Assembly: GCA_049724395.1 (NCBI GenBank) | Contig: JAUGWO010000095.1 | Location: 62,001 to 125,554 of the forward strand | Direction: 5' to 3' | Origin: Spongospora subterranea f. sp. subterranea | Taxonomy: Eukaryota | Length of the DNA: 63,554 nt | In this document: positions 41,101-55,025 of the stretch, one piece after another | Layout: every line of letters begins with the position of its first letter | Position numbering within the stretch: position 1 is the first letter of the stretch | Notes under the pieces: model-generated | Databases searched by the model: none | The model's input: the letters and a program-made list of their open reading frames with translations, nothing else | Told to the model about the DNA's origin: nothing | Position numbers and translations under genes: made by a program

Positions 41101-42480
41101 CGCGTTGAGGATAACACGTGGGCTGATTTGATGACCCGATGGGGAGCACCACAAGTAAACCGGATGGTTAAAAAAATCACTGTGAAGTCTAGGATACCTT
41201 CGAATCTACATATCAGGCCGCTTCAACGTGATGACTTTGAATGGCCGACAACTGATACTATTGAAGCATCGCAAAAGAATTTCAAAATCTGCTCTGGTCA
41301 GAATAATAACGATGGCTTATATACTGACTGGAAAGATCGGATAGTCATTCCAGATGATGATCATCATCTGCGTCTGAGATTAGCTATCATTGCACATGCC
41401 GGTGGCAACAGTGGACACGTTGGAATAACGGAGTGCTTAAATTTATTGCAAACGGTTTTCGTGTGGAACCATATGAAAACTGATGCGACACGAATTGCAA
41501 GCAATTGTCTGCATTGTCTACCAGGTAGGATCGTCCTCTGGGTGAACAATGTCATGGGGGAGAATGCGAACGAATGTTTACACTATGACTTTGTCTACAT
41601 GGAAGAGGTGGCTAAGAGCGCTCGCCATGATTAGAAATGGATTCTTGTGATGTTAGACGACTTTTCGGGATATGTACGATTGACACCGTGCTCATAATCC
41701 AACACAGATGTAGTTGTTGATGCAATCCTGCAGTGGAGGGCTGATCTCAAAACGCCGAAAAGCTTGTGAGCGACCAAGGGTCGTAGTTCAAAAGCAAAGT
41801 GGTTGCTGAACTTTGCAGGCGAATTAACATTTCGCTTCACTTTGTGGTTTAATAGGTACACTACCCGAATGGAACGGTGGAAGTGATGAACAGACATCTA
41901 CAAGATTTGTTAAAATCTTTAATCTTTGAATTGAGATGTGACACCTCACAGTGGCCTTGGCTTGTGGTTCATGTGCAGCATACTCTCAACCACGAAGTCA
42001 GGCCCGGCTAGGCAATCATGCTCCTGTAGAATTGAAGACCGGTCAGCCTCCTGATAACCCTGTCATGGACGTGATTCGTCCTCACGTGGTTGACTCGATG
42101 CCAGCCAGGCCTCCGTCTACTGCCAAAATCGAGCACTCCTATGATCGGTTGATCAAGACGCTTGCTACGCCTCACAAAACTGCACGAGTGTTAATTAGCA
42201 GTGAAAGAAGCAAAAAGAGGCAAAGGTCGGGAAAACATGATGCTATCAATATGGAAATGGGGGAATATGTACTCGTAGCAGTACCGGATTCCAACAGGGC
42301 GCCAGGTGGCAAAATGAGGCACAAGTGGCGTGGGCCGTTTAGGATAACGAACGCTATCAGTCCCTGGGTCTATGAAGTCGAAGATATTGTCAATTCGAAC
42401 GAGCGGAATCCTATGCAACGGTCTGGGATTGTACGACTAGTATGTGATGTGGGTCAAGGCATAGCGACGATTGTTCCACA
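38103..42480 (+). mobile_element. Degenerate Ty3/gypsy LTR retrotransposon (gag-PR-RT-RH-IN) with many stops and frameshifts; no paired LTRs found
   Basis: CCHC knuckle CLKCGSGDHKMASC (~39025); protease LLDNGSDV (~39245); RT RMCVDLREVN, ALDAFKGFW, WVDDLL; RNase H IFTDAK; integrase HAGGNSGH...CLHC, LHYDF, GTVEVMNR, KWRGPFRI. Possible PBS TGGTGTGGTGA at 38103. Confidence 0.92.
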
Positions 42481-42767
42481 TGTTGGCCAATTTCGAATCT
42501 TCGAAAGTGTCCAAAGTCGTGAATCGATTGGTCAGAACATAAGTCTTACCAGACATTTCCAACAAACGACTCTAGTTCGCTCCGAATCCTGTCCAGTCCG
42601 CATCCTGTTGGAGTATCCGTCTGAAGTTGGTCATAAAACCAACTACTTGATGATGAAACTAACTCAATGCCTGTTGATGACGAGTCCAACTTTAGTGCCA
42701 ACAAGGAGAGAGAGGGAGAGAAGACAGACAGAGATAAGAGAGAAATAACTTTATTTCTGTGTTTTTT

Positions 42768-43077
42768 CTATTTGGCCAGAGATCCAATCATAAAGGATGG
42801 CATCATCGTGGTCATCACCTTCTTTGAATGCCCAATGTTAGTAAACGCCTTGCTAGCATCGGTACCCTAAAACATCATAGTAAAGCATTAAAACAATATT
42901 TTCCAGCCACAGCCTGTATATCTTTACAGAGTGGGCTTCAAGAATCTTGGCTCCCCCTGGATGGGTCTTCCTGAACTCAGCCAAGTTATAAACGTTCCCG
43001 TTGATGGCCAGCCAGATATCGGCTTTGTGCGCTTTCACCTCCTCTATGGTGTAGACTTTGGTGGCAGCGGCACTCAT
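42768..43077 (-). CDS. Small soluble cytochrome b5-like heme protein, 2 exons
   Basis: YTIEEVKAH...WLAINGNVYNLAEFRKTHPGG-intron-GTDASKAFTNIGHS; both heme-ligating His present; no C-terminal TM anchor. Confidence 0.88.
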
Positions 43078-43467
43078 TCTGCAAAAGTCTCTACAGCCAA
43101 GTCCAGACTGTTTCGAAATGAGAAAACGGAAATAACAGGATTGGGCTGGTTTGACAATCGTTATCGTCACAGATTGTGATAGGACATAACTGCTCTGTCC
43201 CGAAGCAATCGACTTGTGTCATCAAAACGCCACCTGTACTCTCATAGTCAAAGCGGAACACCCTCTATCGGTTTTGAAGTTGATAATACCTGACCTTGCT
43301 GGGCTACCATGGGGTTTGTTAGGTAGGAATAACCTGCGGTTTGATAACACATTTCACGATTTCGTTATGTTGTACCGACTCCCAAATCCCATGGTTAACA
43401 CTGAATGTATCTTGAAAACGCAAGGCAGGGAACTTTTAATAAATCAGACATTTATAAATGTAAAGTA

Positions 43468-46008
43468 TTATTGAGTAGAAGAGATTTTGTGGGTTTCCAT
43501 TGCTCGAATGATAGTCAGGCGTCGATTAACGCCAATCGATCGTCTTTCCAATGGAATTTGAGGTTCGGGGAGTGTTGATCGCCGCAGCGACTGAACGAAC
43601 GTCAATGAGCTGAAAACTCAACGAGTCGAAGTAAATTCAAACCTCAATTGTGTCTAGAATGGCCTTTTCTCTCTGTATGGTCTGGTCGACGGCAGCTGCG
43701 ATTCGAAGCGGACTGGAGCTGGGTTCAGCAGCGGGACGAATGGGTTCCGCAATGGCAGGTGGCGGAACCGTTATTACGACGTTTAGTCGCAACATTAGCG
43801 ACCCGGTTTCGATTGTCGAAAAACCATACCGATTGAATATACCTTTCTGACAAAACGAATTAAATTTTTTTTGAATCATGAAAAAACACGTGTATCGTGT
43901 TGCCAAAAACAAGACAATATTTGGTGGCATCGTGACATTTAACACTAAATTTGTTCATGTGAAGTTTTAAACCTCTGCCGTTTGAGGTGGTAAACCTGCT
44001 TGAAAGATAGAGTTCAAGACCGGGGTACCGCCAAGAAAGAAACGCCTGACGGCGTCCTTGCTTGTGCCGGTCGGGCGCCACAGCTTTCCTTCCAGTTGAT
44101 GGCACCCTGGAATGGCCGGAACCTGGAACAGCAGAGTAAAACGAGTAAGCGAATGACCTGTTTCTGAACTGACCTGAATTGACGTGTATCCCTCGGCACG
44201 GTCGCATTCCCAGAAATCAGTCGACATCACTTGGAAATAGATTGTCGGCCAAGAGAAAACCGGTGAATCCGTCCTTCCGGTCAATTCGAATTCAATCGGG
44301 AATTGAAAATGACACACTCCTATGAACAATGCATCAGCTCTGACATTTTTCGACGCCAGACGCCCCACGAACGACGTTGCTGAAACTCGGTTGAGGTAGA
44401 AATTTGAGTAATGGACGCCTCAACCCGTTTAGCATCGTGCTTCGACCACTGCCATCCTTCAGGGACATGAAGTTGGTAAATGACCCAGAGGTTGTCTCCC
44501 GGTACGTCAACACTCTGCTGAATCTCGCCAAACACGTTGAGACAGATGTAGCCATCATTCGGGAGATTGGCCATACGTGACTGGGCAATTGATTTAGACA
44601 AAATAAACGCCTGAATTTTTTGGTAGTCAAAAAAATCAATGATAGTTAAAAAAAGTAATTGATGAAGGAGACCCTAACCGCAAAAGAACTAAAAAATACA
44701 ACGCAAAGACAACCTGCAAGACGACGAACGACTCGGAATAATTGAGATAAGGTAATCTTCACAGTTAATTGAAAAAAGCAGTTTGAACAGCAACCTGAAA
44801 ATCTATATTAAAACCAGATCTTCGCCACTGACTTGTGCCAATGACGGCTTGGGTCGATGCTTTTTCCAGTTTAGCTCTGACTCTTTCTCGATTGATTGGG
44901 AGACGTTTTCTAGCCAATACTCATACCAGACGCCGCCAGGGCTTCGGAACTCGTGCGGCTCTGAATTGTCTGGTCTCCCCATTGAAAACTGGGGAGAAAT
45001 TTCGAATGTTCCGTTATCGTAGAAACGAATTTGATATAAAATCTGCTCGAATCCGCACCGTTGAACCTAAAATCGCGCCGATTCAACTGTTGGTTTCAGA
45101 TAACGCGTAAGGGTCTGAATGCCTTGGCGTAATGCTTTATGTCAGATTCATGATCGGGAAGATCAACACAAGCTACAACAGTCATTTTCGTGAAACGGTC
45201 TTGGCGACTAGTTCGCGTTCCAAGTAGTTTACTCGACGCCAGGGCGTTCAGGGATTGGTTCGAAGACGTCGTAACATTCTCTTTCAACTCCGACGGATGA
45301 ATCTATGGGAAACCTCAGTCAAGCGACCCTAAGACATACTCAATGGAGTGCTACATAGTCGTCAACGTCGACTTTCGTCGCAAGCATGACTCCGCCTTGC
45401 TGCAATATATGAGACCGGGAAGCAGACTCGGTCTCCTCGGATTTATAGGCGGTCTTCATAAGAGCGCGAATATCGGCTTCATAGGTTCGGTCAATCAACG
45501 ACTTAGACACATGTTTATTGTGGCATTTGCACAAAACTTCCCTGTGTATGAAACAACTTTTAATTGACCAAAAACACGGTGCGACTTTGTTCTTACCGCG
45601 CAGTGTAAACCTTCTGTTGCCAAGAAAATGTCTTCTCCAAAACAGCCTGATCAATCAATCAAAATCGGTTTCAGGTTTGACAAGATCATATCGAACTTCT
45701 TTCAGCTGCGGTAAAGTAAAACCTGAAAGATGTGGGGTCAAAACTGGCGGCTCGGCCCCTGAAATCGTCTGTGGCTTCGTCGGCGCGGTAATTAGCAACG
45801 GCGTCGGGCTAGCCTCCAGCTCCGCTTTCATGCGGCGCTGGCGTTTCAATTTCAACATCAGGGCCTTGAATGTTGTTCGACCAGCCGAGACTAAATCAGA
45901 TTGGTTCCGAGACTTCTTCAGCGTAACCCGGATCAGAAGATTATCTATCGGGTCCTGGGTGAAGTACCGGTGCGGTATCATGGACGGGTTGGTACGACGC
46001 TGCTGCAT
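43468..46008 (-). CDS. MKS1: MKS1 ciliary transition-zone B9-domain protein, multi-exon
   Basis: N-terminal YFTQDPIDNLLIRVTL; B9-C2 domain FGEIQ...LWVIYQLHVPEGWQW, WPTIYFQVMSTDFWECDRAEGY, LWRP...RRFFLGGTP, NRYGFSTIETGSL. Confidence 0.88.
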
Positions 46009-46539
46009 CGCGACAAACGGAATGAAACTTGTGGTCCGGTGATAATGAAAACGACGGCAGAACGCAAGACTGTGAAGGTGACCGACCAAAAACGAGCAGG
46101 TGATACATGGGCTGCGCTGGGCATGCTTATATGATCGATGTGGAGGTAGAACACGATGCGGAAACTACTGGCAACGCCAATTAAATACGAATTGAAAATC
46201 GATTGAACCACCTACAATTTTTGAGGGATATCTGATAAGCAATCTAATATCAATTGTTAGGAAGAGCTCACGACCATGAAGAATGTGTCACAGCAGATTC
46301 TTGGACACATGGACGGTCCTGATTTAAACATCGATGGTAATGCTTCAATGTTGTTGACGGCTCTTGTCAACATTAACGCCTGGGATTAGAGCGCGTTTGA
46401 ACCGTCCCACGCAAAATTCGGTTTAGACGCGATTAGTGTGTCTACCGGTGCCCTCCGGCTTGTCAACCGTCGGATTCGATGCAAATGGTTCTCGCTGAGA
46501 TGGCTGTCCACCCTTCCGTCGCTAACTTGCGTTCAGGAA

Positions 46540-48320
46540 ATGCAAGCCGTAATGCCGCCCATCCATAACGAGCTGCTCGCTGACCTAGCCTACGACTATT
46601 ATGGGCAACGCATCGCGACGTGTAGCGCCGACCATACGATCAAAATCTGGGGCCAGAACCCGATGCCGTCAGCAGATTCATCAGATAAATGGAACTGTAT
46701 CGCGTCAATACAGGTAATGAACCAGTCATCCCACCCTCTCTCTCTTATAATGCCCACGCGGCCCTTATCCCCTAATCATCACTCATTGCCTCCTTGTTTG
46801 TGTTTTCATCATGCTGTTACCCACTTTGCAAACTCGACTGTGCTGATTTTCTGTTACTCTTTACCTGATCTGTCAATCAAATCGTTTCAAAGCGTCGTTC
46901 GTTTTCGTTCTGTTGTGTCCACGATTTCAGTTGAAAACATTTTGTTTTTATGATTCATTCCTGTCAGGTATCGTATGACAATATGGTGTCATGCATCCCT
47001 CTTTTCTGTTACATCCATAGTTAGTTCTGTCAATATACTATCATCTGACGTTACAAGTCTCTTCAACAACTGTTTTCGGGTGTTCACTTTTGTCGTAATC
47101 TCATTCTTGTTTTCGGCTCTCATCGAACTGGGGAGGTCAAAGCATATCTCTGCGATCACATAACTCTCAACTGCGATGTGTAGTAGAGGTTTTGATTCCT
47201 TGGATCATTATCGTGATGACCCGCAGTTCATTGAATAGCCATTGGGTTTCATTTTCTATTGCTGTTTATTTTGTTCAACATCTTATGGTCGCTGTATTGC
47301 AGGGCAGGACGGGAATGTTCAACCGTGTGGCATGGGCCCATCCAGAATTTGGCCAAATCATCGCCGCGTGCAGCTCTGACTGCAATGTTGTCATTTTCGA
47401 AGAAATATGTAAGCAGATTGCCGTCATTACCTGTCGTTGCCTCATTTCTTGTCTTGTTGCTTCCGATGCTTTTATTTTTATTTATTTGCCGCAAAATATT
47501 TTTTTGTCGTTTTGCTGTTGTTGTAAACAGGACAATATTTTCACTGACAGTCATTTTCTGTAGTGGAAGGCGGTGATTCTGCATGCTCATGGGTTGAGCG
47601 AGCGAGGATGGTTGATAATCACGGAGAAATTCACGCTCTTGAATTTGCCCCAAGGTTTTTGTATCTGTTTTCGAATTGCTTGTTTTATTAATACAGTTTC
47701 TAGACATCTAGGTTTACTATTAGCAGCACTTGGAGAAGACGGAGTTGTGCGAATTTATGAGGCGGTATGATTTATTATGCTATATGTTTCGTGCTTGCTG
47801 TAAATTTTAGTCTGATTTTGTTGCGTTGATGTAGGTTGATATAATGCAGATGAGCGTATGGCCGCTTCGAGATGAATTCTCGCTTTTACCAAAATCGGCA
47901 CAGCAATATTCTTCTATTTCATCGCTGTCCTTCAATCAGTCGTCCTTCGACCCACCCCAAATTGTCATTGGCCATCTTGATTCAGTCCAAATCTATCAAT
48001 ATTATCAGCAGCATCGAAGATGGCAGATGATTGGCGAAGTAGTTTCTGGTTTTGTAGTTGACGTTTCATGGGCGCCAAGCCTAGCGCGATCGTACAACCT
48101 CATAGCGTCGGCCTTCGCTGAGCAGGACGTCGTTGTGTGTAAAGTCAAAGCGCCTGCTGAAGTCGTTGACAAATGGACTTTGCCTGTGAGAGCATGCCGC
48201 GTTTCGTGGAACATGGCCGGAACTATCCTCGCCACATCATCCAACGACGGCACGATCCAAGTTTGGATGAAGGCTGCTGATGAAACCTGGATAAGCACGC
48301 AAACAATTCGCCCATCATGA
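46540..48320 (+). CDS. SEH1: Nucleoporin SEH1 (WD40, Sec13/Seh1 family)
   Basis: LAYDYYGQRIATCSADHTIKIW, RVAWAHPEFGQIIAACSSD, RHLGLLLAALGEDGVVRIYEA, VSWAPSLARSYNLIA, RVSWNMAGTILATSSNDG. Confidence 0.9.
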
Positions 48321-48602
48321 AAACGTCTTATTTATGGGAAACATTTTCCAAACTGTTTTAAAAAAAATTCCGAAATTTAATGCGAAACGAATTTAGAGTA
48401 CAACGATTCGGGATCTCTGCTTTGTGATACTTTCTTTTTTGGAATTCTGCCCTTTCAAAATCATTCTTATGTCGGCGTCTGTTGAATAACAATGGCCACT
48501 ATGCTGCTGATTGTTTGGGACAAACTTCGAGAAATTAGGCAAGTGGTAGCGGTGATTTATTCAGATATTCTATTGGGCCAAACTGCTCGAAAAACCCATA
48601 AC

Positions 48603-49563
48603 TATTGGGTATCGTCTAGAGGTTTAGGGAATAGAGTGGGAGATGGCAATGATTCTGATGTGATCTTCAGAGATTTCATTAGGACTGAGCTGGAATCCAG
48701 TATTGGATTGTATGGCTGCGTCCGAAAACTCAACTCTCTTACCGCCGACGCGACCTCATTCCCGTGCTGAACAAAACAACGACAGAATCAAAAAACGAAA
48801 GAGGTTTCGGCCAGACCATCAATGAACAGAATTGAAAATGGCAAGTTTAGCACCAGTGAACTATATTCAAATCGTTTGTTCAGGTCAATGTTTCCAAATT
48901 CTGGTATGTTCACAATTTACTGAGAGTAAAATACAAATTGTTGGGTGACACAAACCAATAAGCATGAATAATTTTACAAGTCGGTTTGGCTAAGCCAAAC
49001 CGAACCATTGTTGGAGCTACTGACTGGGTCCTGATCAGGAAGAGTTAAGCAAGGAATACTGGCAATGTCCCCGCGAATCGGTGCCAATGCCGGTGACCGC
49101 ATCGTCGGTAAAATATCGGTTTTGTTTCGAGTTGGCATTCGTTGTTGTTTTGAATCGGTGGTTTCGGGCGGCAATGATTTCGATTGACGGCTGATAGAGA
49201 TGAGGCCATGGTCACTTCCAATCTCCATATATTTCCTATACCTGTCGGAGATTAAATCGGAGATTAAACCTTATTTGGGTACGCTTTAACGCGATCCAAA
49301 ACACAATAACTAAACCTGAAACAAAAACTCATTGTCGTCCTATCCTGCACTGACGTCGTCTTCCACTATCTCGTTGTCAATGAGGAATGACCGATGGTCA
49401 AGAACCAGTTGCCGATAACGGAACGTGTGAGACGTTCGACATGGTCTTCTTGTCTTGTTTGATGGACTGCTGAAGGGACTTTACTTTTGATCAATACTGG
49501 AAACATCGAGCGATATCGGCAGGAAACGGAGGATTCCGATGGAAAACATGATTGGAGTGGCAT
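48603..49563 (-). CDS. Hypothetical low-complexity protein, possibly 3-4 exons
   Basis: Successive minus-strand open segments (49366-49563, 48974-49240, ~48600-48770) bordered by GT/AG-like sites; no recognised domain. Confidence 0.3.
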
Positions 49564-49834
49564 CTACCAGAATCCCAGTTTTGGACTGTGATTGCCAGAG
49601 CAAATGATCGCAGAGCTGTGTCAACCTGAAAACACTTACGTTGTTTCCGAATAGTCAACTCCATTTCGTTTATTCTTATGCAGATCTTGACAAAACGATT
49701 TCAGAACAAAATATCGTGCTATGAAATTGTACAACAATATAATAGTGACTCATTTCCCCCATGACGTCATCTCCTTCCTCAATTCCGGATTGCCGTTTGT
49801 TCACAAATATATTTGTTTGGGTTGGTATTTAAGA

Positions 49835-50726
49835 ATGAAAAGGCGAGCCGCGGTTGTAAGACCGTATCAGCTCGTCGGCATAAGCTGGCTATTATATCTC
49901 ATGTTGCCATATACATTTGGCTCCGACAACGGCGTCTGGAATGGGATCGAAGATGGTATTTCAGTCATAAGTGGTCCCAATACGAAAAACTCAACAGCGA
50001 TTGAAAATGGGCCAACGGTTTCGCTGCATCAGCAAAGTCAGTACTATCCACAAGAGAGTTCCCAAGCCTATCCACATGATCAACGTTATCCTCAAGACTT
50101 CGGGAAGAATTCTCCTGATGCACATTATCCATACGATTCTAAGCATCATTCTCCTGATACATATTATCCACAAGATTCAGGGCATAATTACGCGATTCCA
50201 TATTATCCACATGATGAAAGACAGGATTCACATTATCCTCAGGGGTCACAGTATACATATTATCCAGAGAGCCACCCGGATTCACAAGGTCTTTCAAGAG
50301 GGCACAGGGCGACAGAAGATCGTCAACACGCTCCAATTCCTTCGAAATCGGATTCTTTATTCATACGGAATTGATTCAACTAGGCCAAAAAAGAAACCTC
50401 ATAAAGGATCGGATCAGAAAGAGGTGATTAAAGTTGACGGCGTGCACGAAGTAATCGAACATGTTGATGTGGTGGACCCGGAAGCGGCTACGACAAAAGA
50501 GAGTACGAATGTTCTAGAGCCAACGCAACTGCAGATCAAGATATCGGATAAGAAGGTGACCGGGGAGTATAAAACTTGGCAAGGCCCTGATACTGAGCAT
50601 CAAACCCATATGGGTAGGTCAAATGACCATGACGACCATTATGACCCGGAACCCGGGTTATTTCCCTCATCGGCATACGAACCTGTTTCTCATTATCAGC
50701 CGGATCATTATTATCGAACATATTGA
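49835..50726 (+). CDS. Putative secreted Tyr/His/Pro/Gln-rich repeat protein; one apparent frameshift at ~50355
   Basis: Hydrophobic N-terminal stretch LVGISWLLYLMLPYTFG; repeated (H/Y)YP(Q/H)D motifs; continues in another frame as YSYGIDSTRPKKK...YQPDHYYRTY. Confidence 0.6.
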
Positions 50727-50943
50727 TATCGATAACGGCACCTATAACTTAAACATCATATCTCTGACATTTTTCAATTTCTCAAAGAGACTCGGCGGTG
50801 ATTCCTGCGGTTTTGCTTCAAAAACCCATTGAAAGTACAACAGTTCGCGAGCGTCTGCAGCCGTCGATTCAGAAGCATTTAAATCCCAGTTTAGTTGAAA
50901 AATAAATATATAAATAATTGCCCAAGTTTAGAAACAAGTAACG

Positions 50944-53038
50944 TTACGAGGGAGAAGAACGCGACCAGGACGCTTGCCCACCCTTAGAGTCGCTAACCTC
51001 AATTCCGATTTTAGTCTTCATATCTTGCCTTAATCGATCACAAGAAGACAAAATCTGTTTGCTTAGATTTGACAAAGGTGGCGTTTTCAAAATATCATGA
51101 CGGATCGAATTTCTGAAAAAATGAATCAGAGGAAGACGAGCAACCGTCATAGTTTTACCTGAAATTCACAAGCAATTCTACAGCAATGTTTTCGTCTAAT
51201 GACTTCAAAGTTCGTTCGTGGGAAATTCCAAGCGAAGAGAGCTGGGAGAAGATATATGAAGATATTCTGTAGATTAGCGAGCCATTGGGGTTGCCAATTG
51301 AATCCAGGTAAGCATTAGATATGTTAACCAAAGATAGTAACAATGAGATTGTGGCAGGGGTATCAAAATCATCACACAATGATGCTAAAACCGCGACTTG
51401 AATTTTGGAAAACCTAAGGCATCCTTTAACAATAATGAAACAAGAAAAATGGAAAACACTGACTTGTGGACTAACTCACGATCAGCTTCATTCTGTTTCA
51501 AACGAACTTGGTCTGGGGTCATTCCCAAGATGGGGTGGATTCGACGGTTAAAGTGACGGAATGTTCTCAAAACGTGATGTGCGTCAAAGATGCGCTCATC
51601 GGAGAAATGAATCGTTGACCTAAGAAGATAATATTCAGCCGGAAAAGCTGATGATTTCAATGTACAAACATAACGAGAACAAAACTCGTTGTCGTCGGAT
51701 TCAAAACGATATTTTATGTTTACCTGTATCGATGCAAGAGACAGAACATTCGAAATGAATCCGGTTCATGATCAGCGAGAAAGTCATCAACGGATAGGAA
51801 ATTTTTCAGGGACTTCGACATTTTCACCCCGTCGATATGCAGATGCCCCGTGTGCAAAAATTGTGTTGCCCAAGAATTCGAGGAAAAACACGCTTCGCAT
51901 TGCGCAACCTCGTTGTTGTGATGTGGAAACTTTAACTGCCGAAAACGAGCTCAGAAGCAATCCCAAACATTTACAAAGAAATCCCCACTAAAAAAACAAC
52001 CAAATAAAAAGCAGACCAATCAAATTACATACTTTTAAAAGACCTGGAGTATTTAGGAACAAACCGCTCAAATTGATATTTCTCCGTATCTGAAAAAATT
52101 GTCGGAACTACGGTGAAATCGCACAATACGAGGAAAAAACATAAAGATGAAGTTGGACTACAAAGAAACAGGAATCACATCTTACGTACGTCGATTCCGC
52201 CGCCATGAATGTCGAGATGCCGCCCGAAGACAGAGCTCGACATGGCCGAGCATTCAATATGCCAACCAGGTCGTCCAGGACCCCAGGGGGACTCCCAATA
52301 CTTTTCATCAGGGTCCTGACATCGTTTCCAAAGAGTAAAATCAGATTGGCGACCGTCATTTGCAAAGTTTGCTGGTTGGAGTTTTCCGTACAAATGACCT
52401 ACGTATTCGCGTTTGATACAAATCAATGTTAATTGCTGACTATTACCAGGAGAATTGTGAAAGTGTGATGAATCGAAAACGACGTCGCCGATATTGTTGA
52501 CATAAGCGTGACCGTTGCGTTTGATAATGGTAATGAAGTCGATGATCTCCGGAATATGTTCGGTGACTCGTAACAAATAGTCGACGGATTGAACGTTTAA
52601 CTTGGCCATTGACTTCAGGAACTCGCTCTCGAATTTCCTTGAAACACGCTCTACACTGGATCCAGATAACTTGGCCCGGTTGACGATTTTATCGTCGATG
52701 TCAGTGATTCCCATAGCTATTGTTGAACTGAATCCAAACTGGTCTTGCAGAATTCGACGAATAATGTCGAAACATACGTAAGTTCTGCAGAAAAACGTAT
52801 AAATAATTATTTGATTGAAATCGCAAACATTCCTTCGGGCATCGTAAGAACAAAAAAATCAAATAGGAAGTTTCCAATGCAATCGTAGGAACCTGGCGTG
52901 CCCAAGGTGCGGACTATCGTAAACTGTTGGCCCACAAAGATACCAGGTTAACGAGGATGAGCGCGCCACCAACGGGGATTTAGCACCGGTTAGCGAGTTG
53001 AAAACTGTGGGGGTCAGACCCGCGCGGGCCAGGTACAT
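50944..53038 (-). CDS. CARS: Cysteinyl-tRNA synthetase, multi-exon (possibly the organellar form)
   Basis: [80 protein letters not shown]. Confidence 0.95.
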
Positions 53039-53713
53039 CAGCCCAGGCCCAGGGCGATATGATCGATTTCAATGACTGTTGATAATGTGGGTGAAACTTC
53101 GATGCAGCGATTGACGCAGTGAGTGAGGTCAACCCCTGACCCAATATTCCACTGCCCGTGTGTACAGTCCGTGTACACATTAAACGGCTTGCACTGTAGC
53201 CCGTCTACGGTATTGTCCACCGTACACTTCACCACACTGCAGTCTCAGAAAATGTCAGTCAGAAATCATTGACCATTACCGATTTTGGGTAAAGTCTATA
53301 TACTTTCTGTGTTTTGTCATGCTCAATGCTGTGTTTGTTGTGAATTTTTTCTGAGCACGTCAAATTCCTTCAAAGACAATGTTCAACGAAACACTGAGGT
53401 CGCATATAGATTCCTGGTGCGACTGGGGTTTCGCCCTAGACCATCCCAAACAACCCCGATATTGTGCCTCATAAAACTTGAGTCTTTGGTATCCCCTTTT
53501 GAGATACAGATTGATCGGAATACGTGATGACAACACATCTCGAGACGTCGTTTCAGCACGTCCGCGGTGTTGAAGTTTTTTTATCGAGAAGCCCTCGTTT
53601 TTCTTGGATTCTTTGAACCCCGTATTGGCTTGACATCCACAGCATCAGATTTGTTCCGCTTGATAGACTACGAAGAATGAAATAACAAAGGAAAGTCGGC
53701 GTCGCAAATTGCT

Positions 53714-54754
53714 TTATAATTTGGTAAGAGCGGTTAGACGGGGAAATAGAGATATAATGTCGGTTGAATTCCGTTTGATGAGTGGGCAGCCATTGACGTC
53801 AAGAACGCGAATTTTAGGGCAACCGAGAGCGATGGCTTCAAGCCCAGCGTCAGTGAGGCTTGCAATCCCCAGCAATTGCAAACTGGTCAGATTTCGAGAA
53901 TGCTGCCCGATTGCAAAAAGAGATTTGTCGGTGAGCAGAACGCACCAAGTCAGATTGAAATGAGTCAGAAGCGGACAAGAAACGGCGATTGATGCAATGG
54001 CATCATCTGTTAAAAACTGAGAACCGCAAAGATCCACGTTGGATAATCGAGAGCACGTGCGCGCCAGGATTTTGATGCCGACATTCGTGAAATTGGGAAC
54101 GGCATAAAAATTCAGTTCTTCCAAAAACGAAGCGGATGGCGATTTTGATAACGACAGCAATGCGATATCCGTCAGTTTAACCAGTTTCGTTAAATTTAAA
54201 AACCTCATTTTTTTTAACCGACTGAGTTGTGCGACAGCAGCATTCGTCAGAAGACGCGCACCACTGAGATTCACATGAATAAGATTAGGGGACGATTCAA
54301 CCAGGTCAGTGACAAAAGCATCGGTAAGTTTCGGAACCCAGTAGAACGAAACCTTGACCAGATGGACAGATCCAATCCCCGACAAGTATTGCGGATGCAA
54401 TTCCGAACATCCATCGAGATTTAAAGACTGCAATGAGGTGAAGCGCGATAATAACCCAGAAAGAGCTCGACCATTGCCCAGGCCTGCATTACAGAATTGC
54501 AATTTCAGATGAAGTAATGTGGACGGCGCCAATTGCAAGGTCGACACAACGCTGGAGCGACCCGAGAGGTCCAATGATCGAATGAGATTGTATGGGAATA
54601 GACGCCTGGCGCGACGACATGTACAGCGAAGGCTTCCCAGGGCGGATACACTGCAGATCAGTTCGAGCAATGTCGACGCTGCGCTCGTGGGCAGCAGGAA
54701 AAGCATGCAGCCAGCGTTGGCGACATCATCTTCCAGCAACTCCGTCGACTTCAT
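53714..54754 (-). CDS. Intronless cysteine-containing LRR protein (FBXL-like), 346 aa
   Basis: Repeated LxxLxLxxCxxLTD motifs (LSNVDLCGSQFLTD, LTHFNLTWCVLLTD, IRVLDVNGCPLI); weak F-box-like N-terminus. Confidence 0.85.
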   Translation of the reverse strand: MKSTELLEDDVANAGCMLFLLPTSAASTLLELICSVSALGSLRCTCRRARRLFPYNLIRSLDLSGRSSVVSTLQLAPSTLLHLKLQFCNAGLGNGRALSGLLSRFTSLQSLNLDGCSELHPQYLSGIGSVHLVKVSFYWVPKLTDAFVTDLVESSPNLIHVNLSGARLLTNAAVAQLSRLKKMRFLNLTKLVKLTDIALLSLSKSPSASFLEELNFYAVPNFTNVGIKILARTCSRLSNVDLCGSQFLTDDAIASIAVSCPLLTHFNLTWCVLLTDKSLFAIGQHSRNLTSLQLLGIASLTDAGLEAIALGCPKIRVLDVNGCPLIKRNSTDIISLFPRLTALTKL

Positions 54755-54940
54755 CTGGGGTAGTTTTGCGCGACAAGTCCTTACTGCACAACGACTACAT
54801 CAAATGCAACGAGTAAATTTTCTATAGAGTTAGAGAAGACGCGATGCAAAAAATCTGGATCGAGAAGCGACAAAGGGTCCGAGACCAGTGCTGAGCGCTT
54901 GTCACAAAAAGACAGCGAGATTCGGAAACTGAAATAAAAA

Positions 54941-55012
54941 TTCGCCAACCGAGAATCGAACTCGGATCAACTGCTTGGAAGGCAGCCATTCTAACCATTG
55001 AACCATTGGCGA
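54941..55012 (-). tRNA. tRNA-Gly(TCC), copy 1
   Basis: 72-nt cloverleaf: acceptor TCGCCAA/TTGGCGA, anticodon arm GCTGC-CTTCCAA-GCAGT, T arm CCGAG-TTCGATT-CTCGG; T-run terminator downstream. Confidence 0.95.
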
Positions 55013-55025
55013 AATTATTCGAAAG

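Noticed and set aside
50289..50307. 19-nt GT-AG micro-intron that would join the two frames of the secreted protein
   Set aside because: Other introns here are roughly 45 nt or longer; a homopolymer indel is simpler.
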